Assembly (NCBI GenBank): GCA_963700285.1
Contig: CAVOXA010000001.1
Location: 800,001-864,000, forward strand
From: an uncultured Chloroflexia bacterium
GTDB lineage: Bacteria > Chloroflexota > Anaerolineae > JAAYZQ01
Length of the DNA stretch: 64,000 nt
Direction of reading: 5' to 3'
The translations under genes were made by a program, and so were the position numbers. Below are positions 47,588 through 56,843 of the stretch, piece by piece. The notes under the pieces were generated by a model. It was given only the letters and a program-made list of their open reading frames with translations, had not been told where the DNA came from and searched no databases. Within the stretch, counting starts at the first letter, position 1; each line of letters opens with the position of its first letter.

Positions 47588-48361
47588 ATGAAGGTAGCAA
47601 TACTTGCCGGTGGATATGGGTCGCGCCTCGCAGAAGAGACTGAGGTAAAACCGAAACCGATGGTCGAGATCGGTGGCCAGCCGATCCTGTGGCACATCAT
47701 GATGCACTATGCGCACTATGGCTTCAAAGAGTTTGCGATCGCGCTTGGTTACAAAGGGGTGGCGATCAAAAGGTACATGGTCGACTATTGCTCGCTCAAC
47801 AGCAATCTTACCGTAGACATGAAGACGGGCGCGGTTCACACCCACGGCTGCCACAGTGAGGACTGGCTGGTAGATCTGGTGGATACTGGCCTGTCAACCA
47901 TGACCGGTGGGCGCATTAAGCGGTTGGCTCCCTACTTGGGCGATGAGACCTTTATGCTCACCTGGGGTGATGGTGTCTCTGATGTGAACCTGCACGATCT
48001 GTTGGCCTTCCACCGTTCTCACGGCAAGCTGGCAACCCTAACGGCCGTTCGGCCCCCGGCACGATACGGCTACATGAACTTTGATGGAGATCGGGTTGTC
48101 GAGTTTACCGAGAAGCCGCAGATCGGAGAGGGCTGGATCAACGGGGCCTTCTTTGTACTTGAGCCGGAGGTTTTTGACTATATTGAGGGCGATAGCACGG
48201 TGTGGGAGAGGGAGCCCCTGGAGAATCTGACTCGAGATGGACAGTTGATGGCCTACCGCCATACATCCTTCTGGCAGTGCATGGATACCCTGCGCGAAAA
48301 ACATATTCTGGAGTCATTCTGGCAGGGTGGGAATGCTCCCTGGAAGGTGTGGGAAGGCTGA
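47588..48361 (+). CDS. rfbF: Glucose-1-phosphate cytidylyltransferase
   Basis: ILAGGYGSRLAEET..KPKPMVEIG, VDTG..TMTGGRIKR, WINGAFFV, FWQCMDTLR, APWKVW. Confidence 0.93.
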   Translation: MKVAILAGGYGSRLAEETEVKPKPMVEIGGQPILWHIMMHYAHYGFKEFAIALGYKGVAIKRYMVDYCSLNSNLTVDMKTGAVHTHGCHSEDWLVDLVDTGLSTMTGGRIKRLAPYLGDETFMLTWGDGVSDVNLHDLLAFHRSHGKLATLTAVRPPARYGYMNFDGDRVVEFTEKPQIGEGWINGAFFVLEPEVFDYIEGDSTVWEREPLENLTRDGQLMAYRHTSFWQCMDTLREKHILESFWQGGNAPWKVWEG

Positions 48362-48377
48362 GACAGTGGCTGCGACT

Positions 48378-49784
48378 ATGAAGGTGTTCGGGAAACGTTA
48401 CGCTTTCTCGCTCTCCGCCTTGCTTATCCTGGCTCTGTTTGTCCATGGAGGTCTGCTACTCTATGATCTGGCTCATCCAGAGGCATTCGTGCATGTGGAC
48501 CACGGCGAGCGTAGGCTACGCTTTATTCAAGGGCTGATGGCAAGTACCGGCTCAAGTGAGGAACTGACGGATTTCGCGACGAACCACTGGATCATTGGAG
48601 ATTATGGACTCCAGGCCATTCTATATGGACTTGTGGGACACTATGGTCTGATCGTCTTCCAGGTCTTCCTCACTCTGCTCTCCATCGCCTGTTTGTTCAA
48701 GCTAGCACTGCTTCTGACCGGTTCGCAGGGAACTGCCCTGCTGGCGGCCTCTGTCTTTGCATTCCTGCCACATACTTTGGTTCACCCCCACCTCCTCGCC
48801 TCTGAAGCGTTCTTTGTGCCTTTGGTCGTGTTCTCCTTTTACTTCATGGGCAGATGTTTGGTGGAAAGGCCGGGCCTTTACTATCTCCTACTGTCCGGAC
48901 TCATGATTGGGCTGGCGACGCTGGTGAGGCCAGTCACTGTGATATGGCCCGCTGTTGCCTGTGTCGTGGCCGTCATCACGTTTCGGTCCAGGTTGCAGAT
49001 CAGAAACTGGCTCGGTTACCTGTCAGTGGCCTACTTACCCTTGCTCCTATGGATGCTGCTGATGCTGTCTGCCACGGGCGAGTTCAGCATGGGGAAGGGT
49101 TCGGCCAGCCTTGGCAGCAACCTCTATACCACCGTCGAGTTCGTATCAGAGACCCTACCCCCGGCGGACCGGGCACGCATCCAAGAGATCTATCTAACCT
49201 ACGGGCCCAGGGATGGCGGGGAAAAGATGGGAGTCAGCCAGTACCTTCGCTTCGTGACCGAGTACCCGCTAGGCTATGCAGAGCATCAGGGAAGGGCGGC
49301 CATGATGTTCTTTGCCAAGTCTGGAATCAACAAGATAACCAAGAGCTACTTGCAGCTCTTCCCCGAAGCACTGATTGAGATTGACGATAATGAGACGCGA
49401 CAGTCGTGGCGTGAGCGGTTGGAGCGCGAAGGCACCCTGGATACCTTTGCCTACTACTATCAGCGGTACAACGTCCTGGTCCTACTAGCCGCCATCGGTG
49501 GCGCGCTGTTTGCCGTGGTGATGGTGCTTGCGATCTATGGGTCAGTCCTGCTGGGCATTGGTTACTCTCGCCATGAGGGTACGCTCGGTGAACGGTGTCT
49601 GCAGGCCCAGGTGCTCCTGTTCCCCTGGTATGTCCTGGCCGCATCCATGACCTCACAGAGATTGCAGTCCAGACACCGTGCTCCGGCCGAGTTTGCCATC
49701 TGCCTGCTGTTCAGCGTCGCAGCCAGCCACCTGTACGCCTCCTGGAAGAGGCGCAGGGCTAGCAGGCTCCTCCCAACAGCCTGA
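48378..49784 (+). CDS. GT-C fold membrane glycosyltransferase (ArnT/PMT-like)
   Basis: Multiple TMs, LASEAFF, GLATLVRP, C-terminal SRHRAP. Confidence 0.65.
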   Translation: MKVFGKRYAFSLSALLILALFVHGGLLLYDLAHPEAFVHVDHGERRLRFIQGLMASTGSSEELTDFATNHWIIGDYGLQAILYGLVGHYGLIVFQVFLTLLSIACLFKLALLLTGSQGTALLAASVFAFLPHTLVHPHLLASEAFFVPLVVFSFYFMGRCLVERPGLYYLLLSGLMIGLATLVRPVTVIWPAVACVVAVITFRSRLQIRNWLGYLSVAYLPLLLWMLLMLSATGEFSMGKGSASLGSNLYTTVEFVSETLPPADRARIQEIYLTYGPRDGGEKMGVSQYLRFVTEYPLGYAEHQGRAAMMFFAKSGINKITKSYLQLFPEALIEIDDNETRQSWRERLEREGTLDTFAYYYQRYNVLVLLAAIGGALFAVVMVLAIYGSVLLGIGYSRHEGTLGERCLQAQVLLFPWYVLAASMTSQRLQSRHRAPAEFAICLLFSVAASHLYASWKRRRASRLLPTA

Positions 49785-50034
49785 TCACCCCAACGAACCT
49801 CTGTCCTACTGCCGTCCCCCAAATCTGCACAAGCGCCGGCCTTGTGCCTGTCGCTACCAAGAAACCGTAACCCCATCATGCTTGGCTGCGAGGAACCTGC
49901 GCCATTCTGAGTGATGCATGGCGCGGGCGCCACGCTATGTGGTAGAAACTCGCGTCTCCTACCCGTTAACGACAATTTGGCCATGTTTTATCAGATATCA
50001 CTCAATTTTAACTTTGAACTACACGCTTTGATAT

Positions 50035-50063
50035 TTGACAAGGTATCTTGTTCATAGTATAAT
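50035..50063 (+). promoter_or_regulatory. Perfect consensus sigma70 promoter with AT-rich upstream region
   Basis: TTGACA-N17-TATAAT preceded by an AT-rich tract (about 49985-50034). Confidence 0.8.
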
Positions 50064-50170
50064 GATTTCAGTTGGATGGGTACGAACAAGGTGTAGCTGG
50101 CTGGCAGCGCCGGTGTCCTGCACGAGTGCACGCCAGGAAGGCTGGTGTCTCTGCCGAACACGGAGCTCAT

Positions 50171-53100
50171 ATGGCAAAGACGGTATTGTGGCGAGAAGAA
50201 TTCAAGGGCCGTGTTGTCGTCGGCGAGAATGCAAATCGCATTCTCCTCGTGACGTCTTTCGTATCTGAGAGCCCACCCCCACCCGTACTACCGGACCCCA
50301 TTCTGAAGTACGATTTTTCTGACAACGTCGGCCCGACGGTAGCGGACAGTGGCCAGGGTGACCCATATAGTCTAACTGTCAGCGATCCCCAGAAAGTGGA
50401 CTGGGGCGTGAACTGTCTCAAGCTCAGTCCCCAGGTCAGCCTGTCTGGTGGATCTCAGCGCCAGCAAGTTGATGGAAGCCCTTCGGGCCAGTAACGAGGT
50501 GACCGTCCTGGTTTGGGGCATTCCTGACAACAGCTCGCAGGCATTGGGCAGGATCCTGTCCCTGGGCGGGGATATTAATACACATAACCTCCTGTTTGCG
50601 CAGAACGCTGGCTGGTTACGTGTCAGGTGCAGAACATCTAACACGCCGGACGATGGCTCACCCAGCCTGGACAGCTCTGCAAACACAATCACGCCCTCTC
50701 TCTTGCAAATGGTGTACACCCGCGCGTCCGATGGGACAGAGGCCATCTATATCAACGGCAAGGTAGAAAGTGCAGATAGCACGCGCCCCGGCGACTTTAC
50801 TAACTGGGGCAACTATTCCCTCGTTCTTGGGAATGAGATCACTGGTGACCGTGGCTGGTCCGGTGTCCTGGTCGATGTAAGGCTGTATGCCGAGGCATTG
50901 TCTGTCCAGGCCATCCTGGAGCTATACAAGTCAGGGCCTGGAGCATACCGACTGCCTGACGATCAGGGCACTGTGCCCGAGGCCCTGTTCTCTGCATCGC
51001 CTACGACGCCTCTTGTGGGCGAGACGGTCCAGTTCAAGGACGAGTCCACCGGATCGCCGACCTCCTGGCTCTGGACCTTTGGGGAGGGAGAGGGTACCAG
51101 TACTGAGAAGAACCCGAGCCACATCTACAATAGGGCAGGAGAGTACACGGTAACCCTGACGGTCTCCAATGCCAATGGATCCTCTTCGGCTACCAAGACG
51201 GCCTACATCAAGGTGAGAACAGAGGTACTCCAAGCCCTGTTCTCTGCATCGCCTACGACGCCTCTTGTGGGCGAGACGGTCCAGTTTAAGGACGAGTCTA
51301 TCGGATCGCCCACCTCCTGGCTCTGGACCTTTGGGGAGGGAGAGGGTACCAGTACCGAGAAGAACCCGAGCCACGTCTACAATAGGGCTGGAGAGTACAC
51401 GGTAACCCTGACGGTCTCCAATGCCAATGGATCCTCTTCGGCAACCAAGACGGCCTACATCAAGGTGAGAACAGAGGTACTCCAAGCCCTGTTCTCTGCA
51501 TCGCCTACGACGCCTCTTGTGGGCGAGACGGTCCAGTTTAAGGACGAGTCTATCGGATCGCCCACCTCCTGGCTCTGGACCTTTGGGGAGGGAGAGGGTA
51601 CCAGTACTGAGAAGAACCCGAGCCACGTCTACAATAGGGCAGGAGAGTACACGGTAACCCTGACGGTCTCCAATATCTATGGATCCTCTTCGGCAACCAA
51701 GACGGCCTACATCAAGGTAAGAGCAGAGGTGCTCGAGGCCCAGTTCTCTGCGTCGCCTACGACGCCTCTTGTGGGCGAGACGGTCCAGTTCAAGGACGAG
51801 TCTATCGGATCGCCCACTTCCTGGCTCTGGACCTTTGGGGAGGGAGAGGGTACCAGTACCGAGAAGAACCCGAGCCACATCTACAGTAGGGTAGGAGAGT
51901 ACACGGTAACCCTGACAGTCTCCAATGCCAATGGATCCTCTTCGGCAACCAAGACGGCCTACATCAAGGTAAGAACAGAGGTGCTCGAGGCCCAGTTCTC
52001 TGCGTCGCCTACGACGCCTCTTGTGGGCGAGACGGTCCAGTTCAAGGACGAGTCTATCGGATCGCCCACTTCCTGGCTCTGGACCTTTGGGGAGGGAGAG
52101 GGTACCAGTACCGAGAAGAACCCGAGCCACATCTACAATAGGGCAGGAGAGTACACGGTAACCCTGACGGTCTCCAATGCCAATGGATCCTCTTTGGCAA
52201 CCAAGACGGCCTACATCAAGGTAAGAGAAGAGGAATTGACCCTAGTAGCACAGTTCCGCATGTCCAGGGATAGTGGCTATGTGCCGCTCGACGTAGACTT
52301 TTACGATGAGAGCCAGGGCAACCCTGTTCGCTGGGAATGGTCATTTGGGGATGGTGCGAACAGCAGCTTGCAGAATCCCTCGCACCAATACAAAACCGCC
52401 GGAGGCTACACGGTTACCCTGGTGGTTCATGATGCGACTGGCAATACGGACAACACCTTCCAGACAATAACGGCTTGGGAGGAAAAGGAACCTCCGCCAC
52501 GGCCAGAAGGTGAGGATGGCGTGACGGTTGTTGATCTGCCATTCCCGCGTGCCGCCACAGCAACTTATACGCCGACCCGGTATGTCGACGATGCCCGGGG
52601 CAATGATAGCAACGACGGGCGCGGCCCGGGCGGGGGCGCCTGGAAGACCCTCGGTAAGGCAGGGTCATCCGCGAGCGCTGGCGACGTGGTGCTGGTTGCG
52701 GCTGGCACCTACACCTCCCCGCTAAGAATAACTGGCAATGGCACAGCGAGCAATCCCATTGTCTTCCTCGGCGATGGCGACCATGGTGAAGTGGTCATCA
52801 AGCCCAGCAGCCAGACACCAGGCATCGTGGCTGAAAACAGAAAGTGGGTATTGGTCGAGAACTTTTACGTGGACTGGAACGCTGGCTACGATGAGACCAT
52901 GATAGATGTCCAGGGGGCAGAGCACTGCACGTTCCGTAGAATCACCGCCACCAATGGCAAGAACGCCCGACAGGCACATGAGAGCCAGAGCAACAACGCC
53001 CGCGGCATGAATGCCTATTCCACGCAGAACTGCTGGTTCGACCAGGTGGTTATCGCCGGATCCAAGATTGGGGCCAGCTTCGGCAAGGCAGGCGGCTACA

Positions 53101-54362
53101 ACTATATCAGCTACTGCGTCTTTAAGGATTGCGGCAAGCACAACATGACCTTTAACGATGCGGAAACGGCGGGTTGCACGAACTATGAGCATCCCAACCA
53201 CCCGTACAACACCCTTTTCTATCGCTGCTGGTTCGACCGGGTATGGACGGGCGACAATATCCAGCACGTCTCGCCCGGCTGTTTCAACCCAAACTGGCAG
53301 AACAAGTGGGCCTTCCGAAACATCATCTACAAACAATGTGTGTTCAGCAACTCAGCAGAGAACGCGCTAGACCTGAAGGACAGCCGCAATATCTATCTTG
53401 ACCAGTGCATGTTCTATGCAGGCGTCGGTTCGGACGGGTGGCAGAACCCCTTTGACGAACACGCGCCGACCGTGAACGTAGGTGCAGAGTCCAACGGGGA
53501 GATGTGGACTATCCGCAAGAGTATCTTCTGGGATTGCTCCCCTGGGCCAACCTCCTACTGGCAGGGGTATGTCGCCGCCCACAATACAATGATACACTGT
53601 AACCGCAACCAAAAAGGTCCCGGCAACGATACGATGGTTACTGGGCGGGCGGTGGGTTACTACGGTTTCCGGCATAATAAGGCGGGACGGGACCAGATGA
53701 TTGTCAACAACCTCATCTTTGACCAACTGGGCGCCGAGGGAAGCTGGAGCGCCGCGACGGACGCTAACTGTCGCATTGACGGCAACGCCTACGGTGAGAA
53801 CAGGGGCGGCGATGGCCTCAAATGGGCAAAGGTCAAAAGCTCTTCCAACAGTTGGGACGGCACCAACAGCTTTAGCAACTGGCAAAGCTGGCTGGCTGGC
53901 CTGGGGGTTAAAGGCGCGGATGCAAACGGTATGGCCGACATCTCGCCGCCATTCAAGAATGTGCCTGCCTATCCAGACTGGGAAACGGATGGCAACCATC
54001 TAGAAGGGAACTATGACTTCAGGCCCAAGGAATCCAGCGAAGTGGTCGGTGCTGCTGCCACCATGGCCGTGACCACCAACTCTGGCGGCAGGACCGATGA
54101 GGTCATCGAGGTCGACAACGCTTACCCGTTCTGTGATGGCTTTGGGATGATGGTCCCCGACTATGTCAGGATTGCCGGTAAGGAAAGGGCAGAGATTGTC
54201 AGCGTGAGCTACTCGCAGAGGCGAATCACCATCAAGAACCCGGGCATCACCTGGAGCCAGGGCGACCGGGTCGATTTCGACTATGACGACGAGCACGGCG
54301 GGCCAACCATCGGTGCACTGCAACCGGGGGACGAGAAATGGTGGGAGACTGTGGCCCTCTAA
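50171..54362 (+). CDS. Large extracellular-type protein: leader - LamG-like - 6 PKD - beta-helix; +1 frameshift near 50447
   Basis: GGAG RBS and ATG 50171; the first ~92 codons align with the 54473 protein and continue in the next frame (DLSASKLMEAL); PKD motifs WLWTFG..GEYTVTLTVSN; beta-helix with SAENALDLK similar to the 41257 protein. Confidence 0.75.
50982..52227 (+). repeat. Five near-identical 252-bp tandem repeats encoding PKD domains (sixth divergent PKD follows)
   Basis: Units start at 50982, 51234, 51486, 51738 and 51990 with only scattered substitutions. Confidence 0.95.
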
Positions 54363-54472
54363 TATGCAAGCAAAAGAATCTGGGACGCGATCAGGTTGGG
54401 ACATAACACGCTGGTGCGCTGGCCTGCAGGATAAGCCTGCTGGCGCGGCAGGAACGCGAAGGAGTGAGAACC

Positions 54473-55273
54473 ATGGCTGAGACCATACTATGGCAGCATG
54501 AATGCCCGGGTCAAATTGCGACTGAGCTCATCGATGGCATCATTCATGTGGTGTGCTACGCAGACGATGAGCCGCCACCACCGCCACCCGGTCGAGTGAC
54601 AGAGGGACTGCAGCTACTGTATACCTTTGACGAGGGTGGGGGTACCGTCATCCGGGATCGGTCTGGCGTTGGGGTTCCACAGGACCTTCTGTTGGAGAAC
54701 GAAAACGCTGTGGCCTGGGTCCCCGACGGTGGCCTGGTCGTCAACAGGCCGACCATCATCTCGTCTGCAGATCCCGCGACCAAGATCTCGAACGCGGCCA
54801 TGGTCAGCAACGAGATCAGCCTCGAAGCCTGGGTCAAGCCAGCCAACATCACGCAAGATGGGCCAGCGAGGATCATCAGCCTGTCAGAAGACTTTAACCA
54901 CCGAAATTTCCAGCTAGCCCAGACGGCAGAGATCTATGACGTACGCCTCCGTACCACGGAAACCACCGAGAATGGCCGGCCTTCGTTGTCCACACCGTTC
55001 GGCTCTCTCACCGCCGATCTGACCCACATAGTCTATACTCGGGCAGCCTCAGGCATGGCGCGTATCTATGTTGGCGGCGAGTCTGTCGTAGGTAGGGTCG
55101 TGCCAGGCACTTTTGCCAATTGGGACCAGGGCTATCGCCTTGCGTTGGCGGACGAGTTGGTAGGGAGCCGTACCTGGCTGGGTGGGTATCACCTGATCGC
55201 GGCGTACAGCCGGGCGCTGAGCGCCGACGAGATCGCCCAAAACTTTAGAGTAGGGCCTAGACTGACCGCCTAA
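54473..55273 (+). CDS. Stand-alone LamG-like jellyroll protein with N-terminal leader and poly-Pro linker
   Basis: GGAG RBS; RVTEGLQLLYTFDEG, EISLEAWVKP, VRLRTT, NWDQGYRLALADE..WLG; paralogous to the LamG domains at ~43081 and ~50300. Confidence 0.8.
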   Translation: MAETILWQHECPGQIATELIDGIIHVVCYADDEPPPPPPGRVTEGLQLLYTFDEGGGTVIRDRSGVGVPQDLLLENENAVAWVPDGGLVVNRPTIISSADPATKISNAAMVSNEISLEAWVKPANITQDGPARIISLSEDFNHRNFQLAQTAEIYDVRLRTTETTENGRPSLSTPFGSLTADLTHIVYTRAASGMARIYVGGESVVGRVVPGTFANWDQGYRLALADELVGSRTWLGGYHLIAAYSRALSADEIAQNFRVGPRLTA

Positions 55274-55367
55274 CCGCAGCGCAAGGATTCGCGAACCGGT
55301 CCGTCTGGAGCCAGGCCGCTGATTCGGACTGGGCGACAACCAATCTGGTCATTCTGGGTCCATCCCA

Positions 55368-55401
55368 AGCAGCCCCCCTGTGCTTTGACAGGGGGGCTGC
55401 T
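55368..55401 (+). terminator. 14-bp perfect hairpin closing the locus
   Basis: AGCAGCCCCCCTGT-gctttg-ACAGGGGGGCTGCT; no strong U-tract. Confidence 0.65.
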
Positions 55402-55481
55402 GTCTGTCGGATTCTCTTGCCACGCCAAGCATGGCATTGGAGACTTGTCTCCTTGTCTCCCCTTTCGGTAGCCCGAGCAGC

Positions 55482-55510
55482 TTGAATTGAAACCAACTCT
55501 GTGTTATCAT
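55482..55510 (+). promoter_or_regulatory. Sigma70-type promoter
   Basis: TTGAAT-N17-TATCAT with extended -10 TG. Confidence 0.55.
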
Positions 55511-55541
55511 AGGGACCATCAATTCACAGAGAGGTCAGCAC

Positions 55542-56696
55542 GTGGGTGAATGGAAAAGCAACGCTCAAGTCGCTATCATCGGTGGTGGCATCATGGGGGC
55601 CAGCGCGGCCTATCACCTGGCCAGACGGGGTTGTACGGACGTGGTCGTTCTGGAGAAGGACTTGTTGGCGCAGGCGTCCACTGGTTTAAGCGCGGGTGGC
55701 TTCCGCCAGCAATTTTCGCATCCGTCCAACATACGCCTGTCACAGGAAGCGGTCCGCGTCTTTGAACGCTTTGAGGAAGACTTTGGCGTAGACATGGATT
55801 TCCGGCAGGTAGGCTATCTGTTCCTGGCTCAGAGCGATGGTGTCTGGCAGGAATTTCTGGACAACGCGGAACTCCAGCGTCAGCACAATGTCCCGGTCGA
55901 GGTGCTGTCGCCCGATGAGATCAAGTATCGCTGGCCGTATCTGGAAGTGGATGATCTGTGTGGGGGTACTTTTTGTGCAGAAGATGGCTACGCCGATCCC
56001 TACATGGCGGCCATGGGTTTTGCCAACACTGCTCGGCGATTGGGAGTGCGCATTGAAGAGCAGACACGGGTCACAGCCATCCAGGTGGACGCTGGCCGGG
56101 TACGCGGCGTCGAGACCACACGCGGACCAATCTCGACGGAGACTGTCGTAGACGTGGCTGGCCCTTGGGGGGGACAAGTGGCCCAGATGGCAGGATTTGA
56201 CCTGCCGGTCAAACCCTACCGCCGGCAGGTCTTTGTGACACAGGCATTTGAGGCCATCCCCAAGCCGGTACCCATGATCCTTGACATTGAACCGGCCTTC
56301 TACTTCAGGGGCGAGGGGCCGGGCATCCTGATGGGCATGAGCGACCCCGACGAGCCTTCAAGTTTCAACCTCAACGTGGACTATTCGTTCCTGGAGCGTG
56401 TGATCGACAAGGCTATCCTTCGGGCGCCCATCCTGGAGGAAGCCGAGATCCTGCGAGGCTGGGGCGGGTTGTACGCTGTCACCCCCGATGACAACCCGAT
56501 CATCGGCGCACTGCCGGGCATCGAGGGGCTGTTCTGTGCCATCGGCTTCTCTGGCCACGGCTTCCAGCAGGCGCCCACGGTGGGCCGCATTCTGAGTGAG
56601 CTGATATTGGACGGCGAAACTGATTTTGACTTGAGCCCATTTGTTCACGACCGATTTGGCAGGGTCACCGGCAAGGCAGAGACGCGCGTGGTCTAG
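55542..56696 (+). CDS. FAD-dependent oxidoreductase, DAO / sarcosine oxidase beta family
   Basis: IIGGGIMGASAAYHLA, STGLSAGG, GLYAVTPDDNPIIG, GFSGHGFQQAP. Confidence 0.9.
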   Translation: MGEWKSNAQVAIIGGGIMGASAAYHLARRGCTDVVVLEKDLLAQASTGLSAGGFRQQFSHPSNIRLSQEAVRVFERFEEDFGVDMDFRQVGYLFLAQSDGVWQEFLDNAELQRQHNVPVEVLSPDEIKYRWPYLEVDDLCGGTFCAEDGYADPYMAAMGFANTARRLGVRIEEQTRVTAIQVDAGRVRGVETTRGPISTETVVDVAGPWGGQVAQMAGFDLPVKPYRRQVFVTQAFEAIPKPVPMILDIEPAFYFRGEGPGILMGMSDPDEPSSFNLNVDYSFLERVIDKAILRAPILEEAEILRGWGGLYAVTPDDNPIIGALPGIEGLFCAIGFSGHGFQQAPTVGRILSELILDGETDFDLSPFVHDRFGRVTGKAETRVV

Positions 56697-56843
56697 GATC
56701 GTTGTTGGTGCGCTGTGGCTCACTGGCCTGTCCTCGGGGCCGGATCCGCCCCAGGGACGGGGGCTCGAGCGAGTTCCGTACCGAATACCACTTTGGACCG
56801 TCAGGCTTTTTCGTATTTCCAGGGAGATTGGGGGCAAAAGACA

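Noticed and set aside
47543-49871. CCGTAAC boxes (47543, 49865; CCGTATC at 4887) as BldN-like ECF -35 elements
   Set aside because: No consistent -10 element at fixed spacing and none seen before wzc; could be chance
50440-50460. Programmed ribosomal frameshift in the large PKD gene
   Set aside because: No slippery heptamer or homopolymer tract; a sequencing indel is simpler
50931-52130. Long antisense ORFs (also 834-1676, 40669-41763) and the same-strand alternate-frame ORF 27715-28770
   Set aside because: Shadow ORFs of GC-rich real genes with no recognisable motifs
50982-52227. CRISPR array or DGR template/variable repeats
   Set aside because: Repeats are 252-bp in-frame coding units without spacers; no cas or reverse transcriptase gene; differences are not adenine-specific
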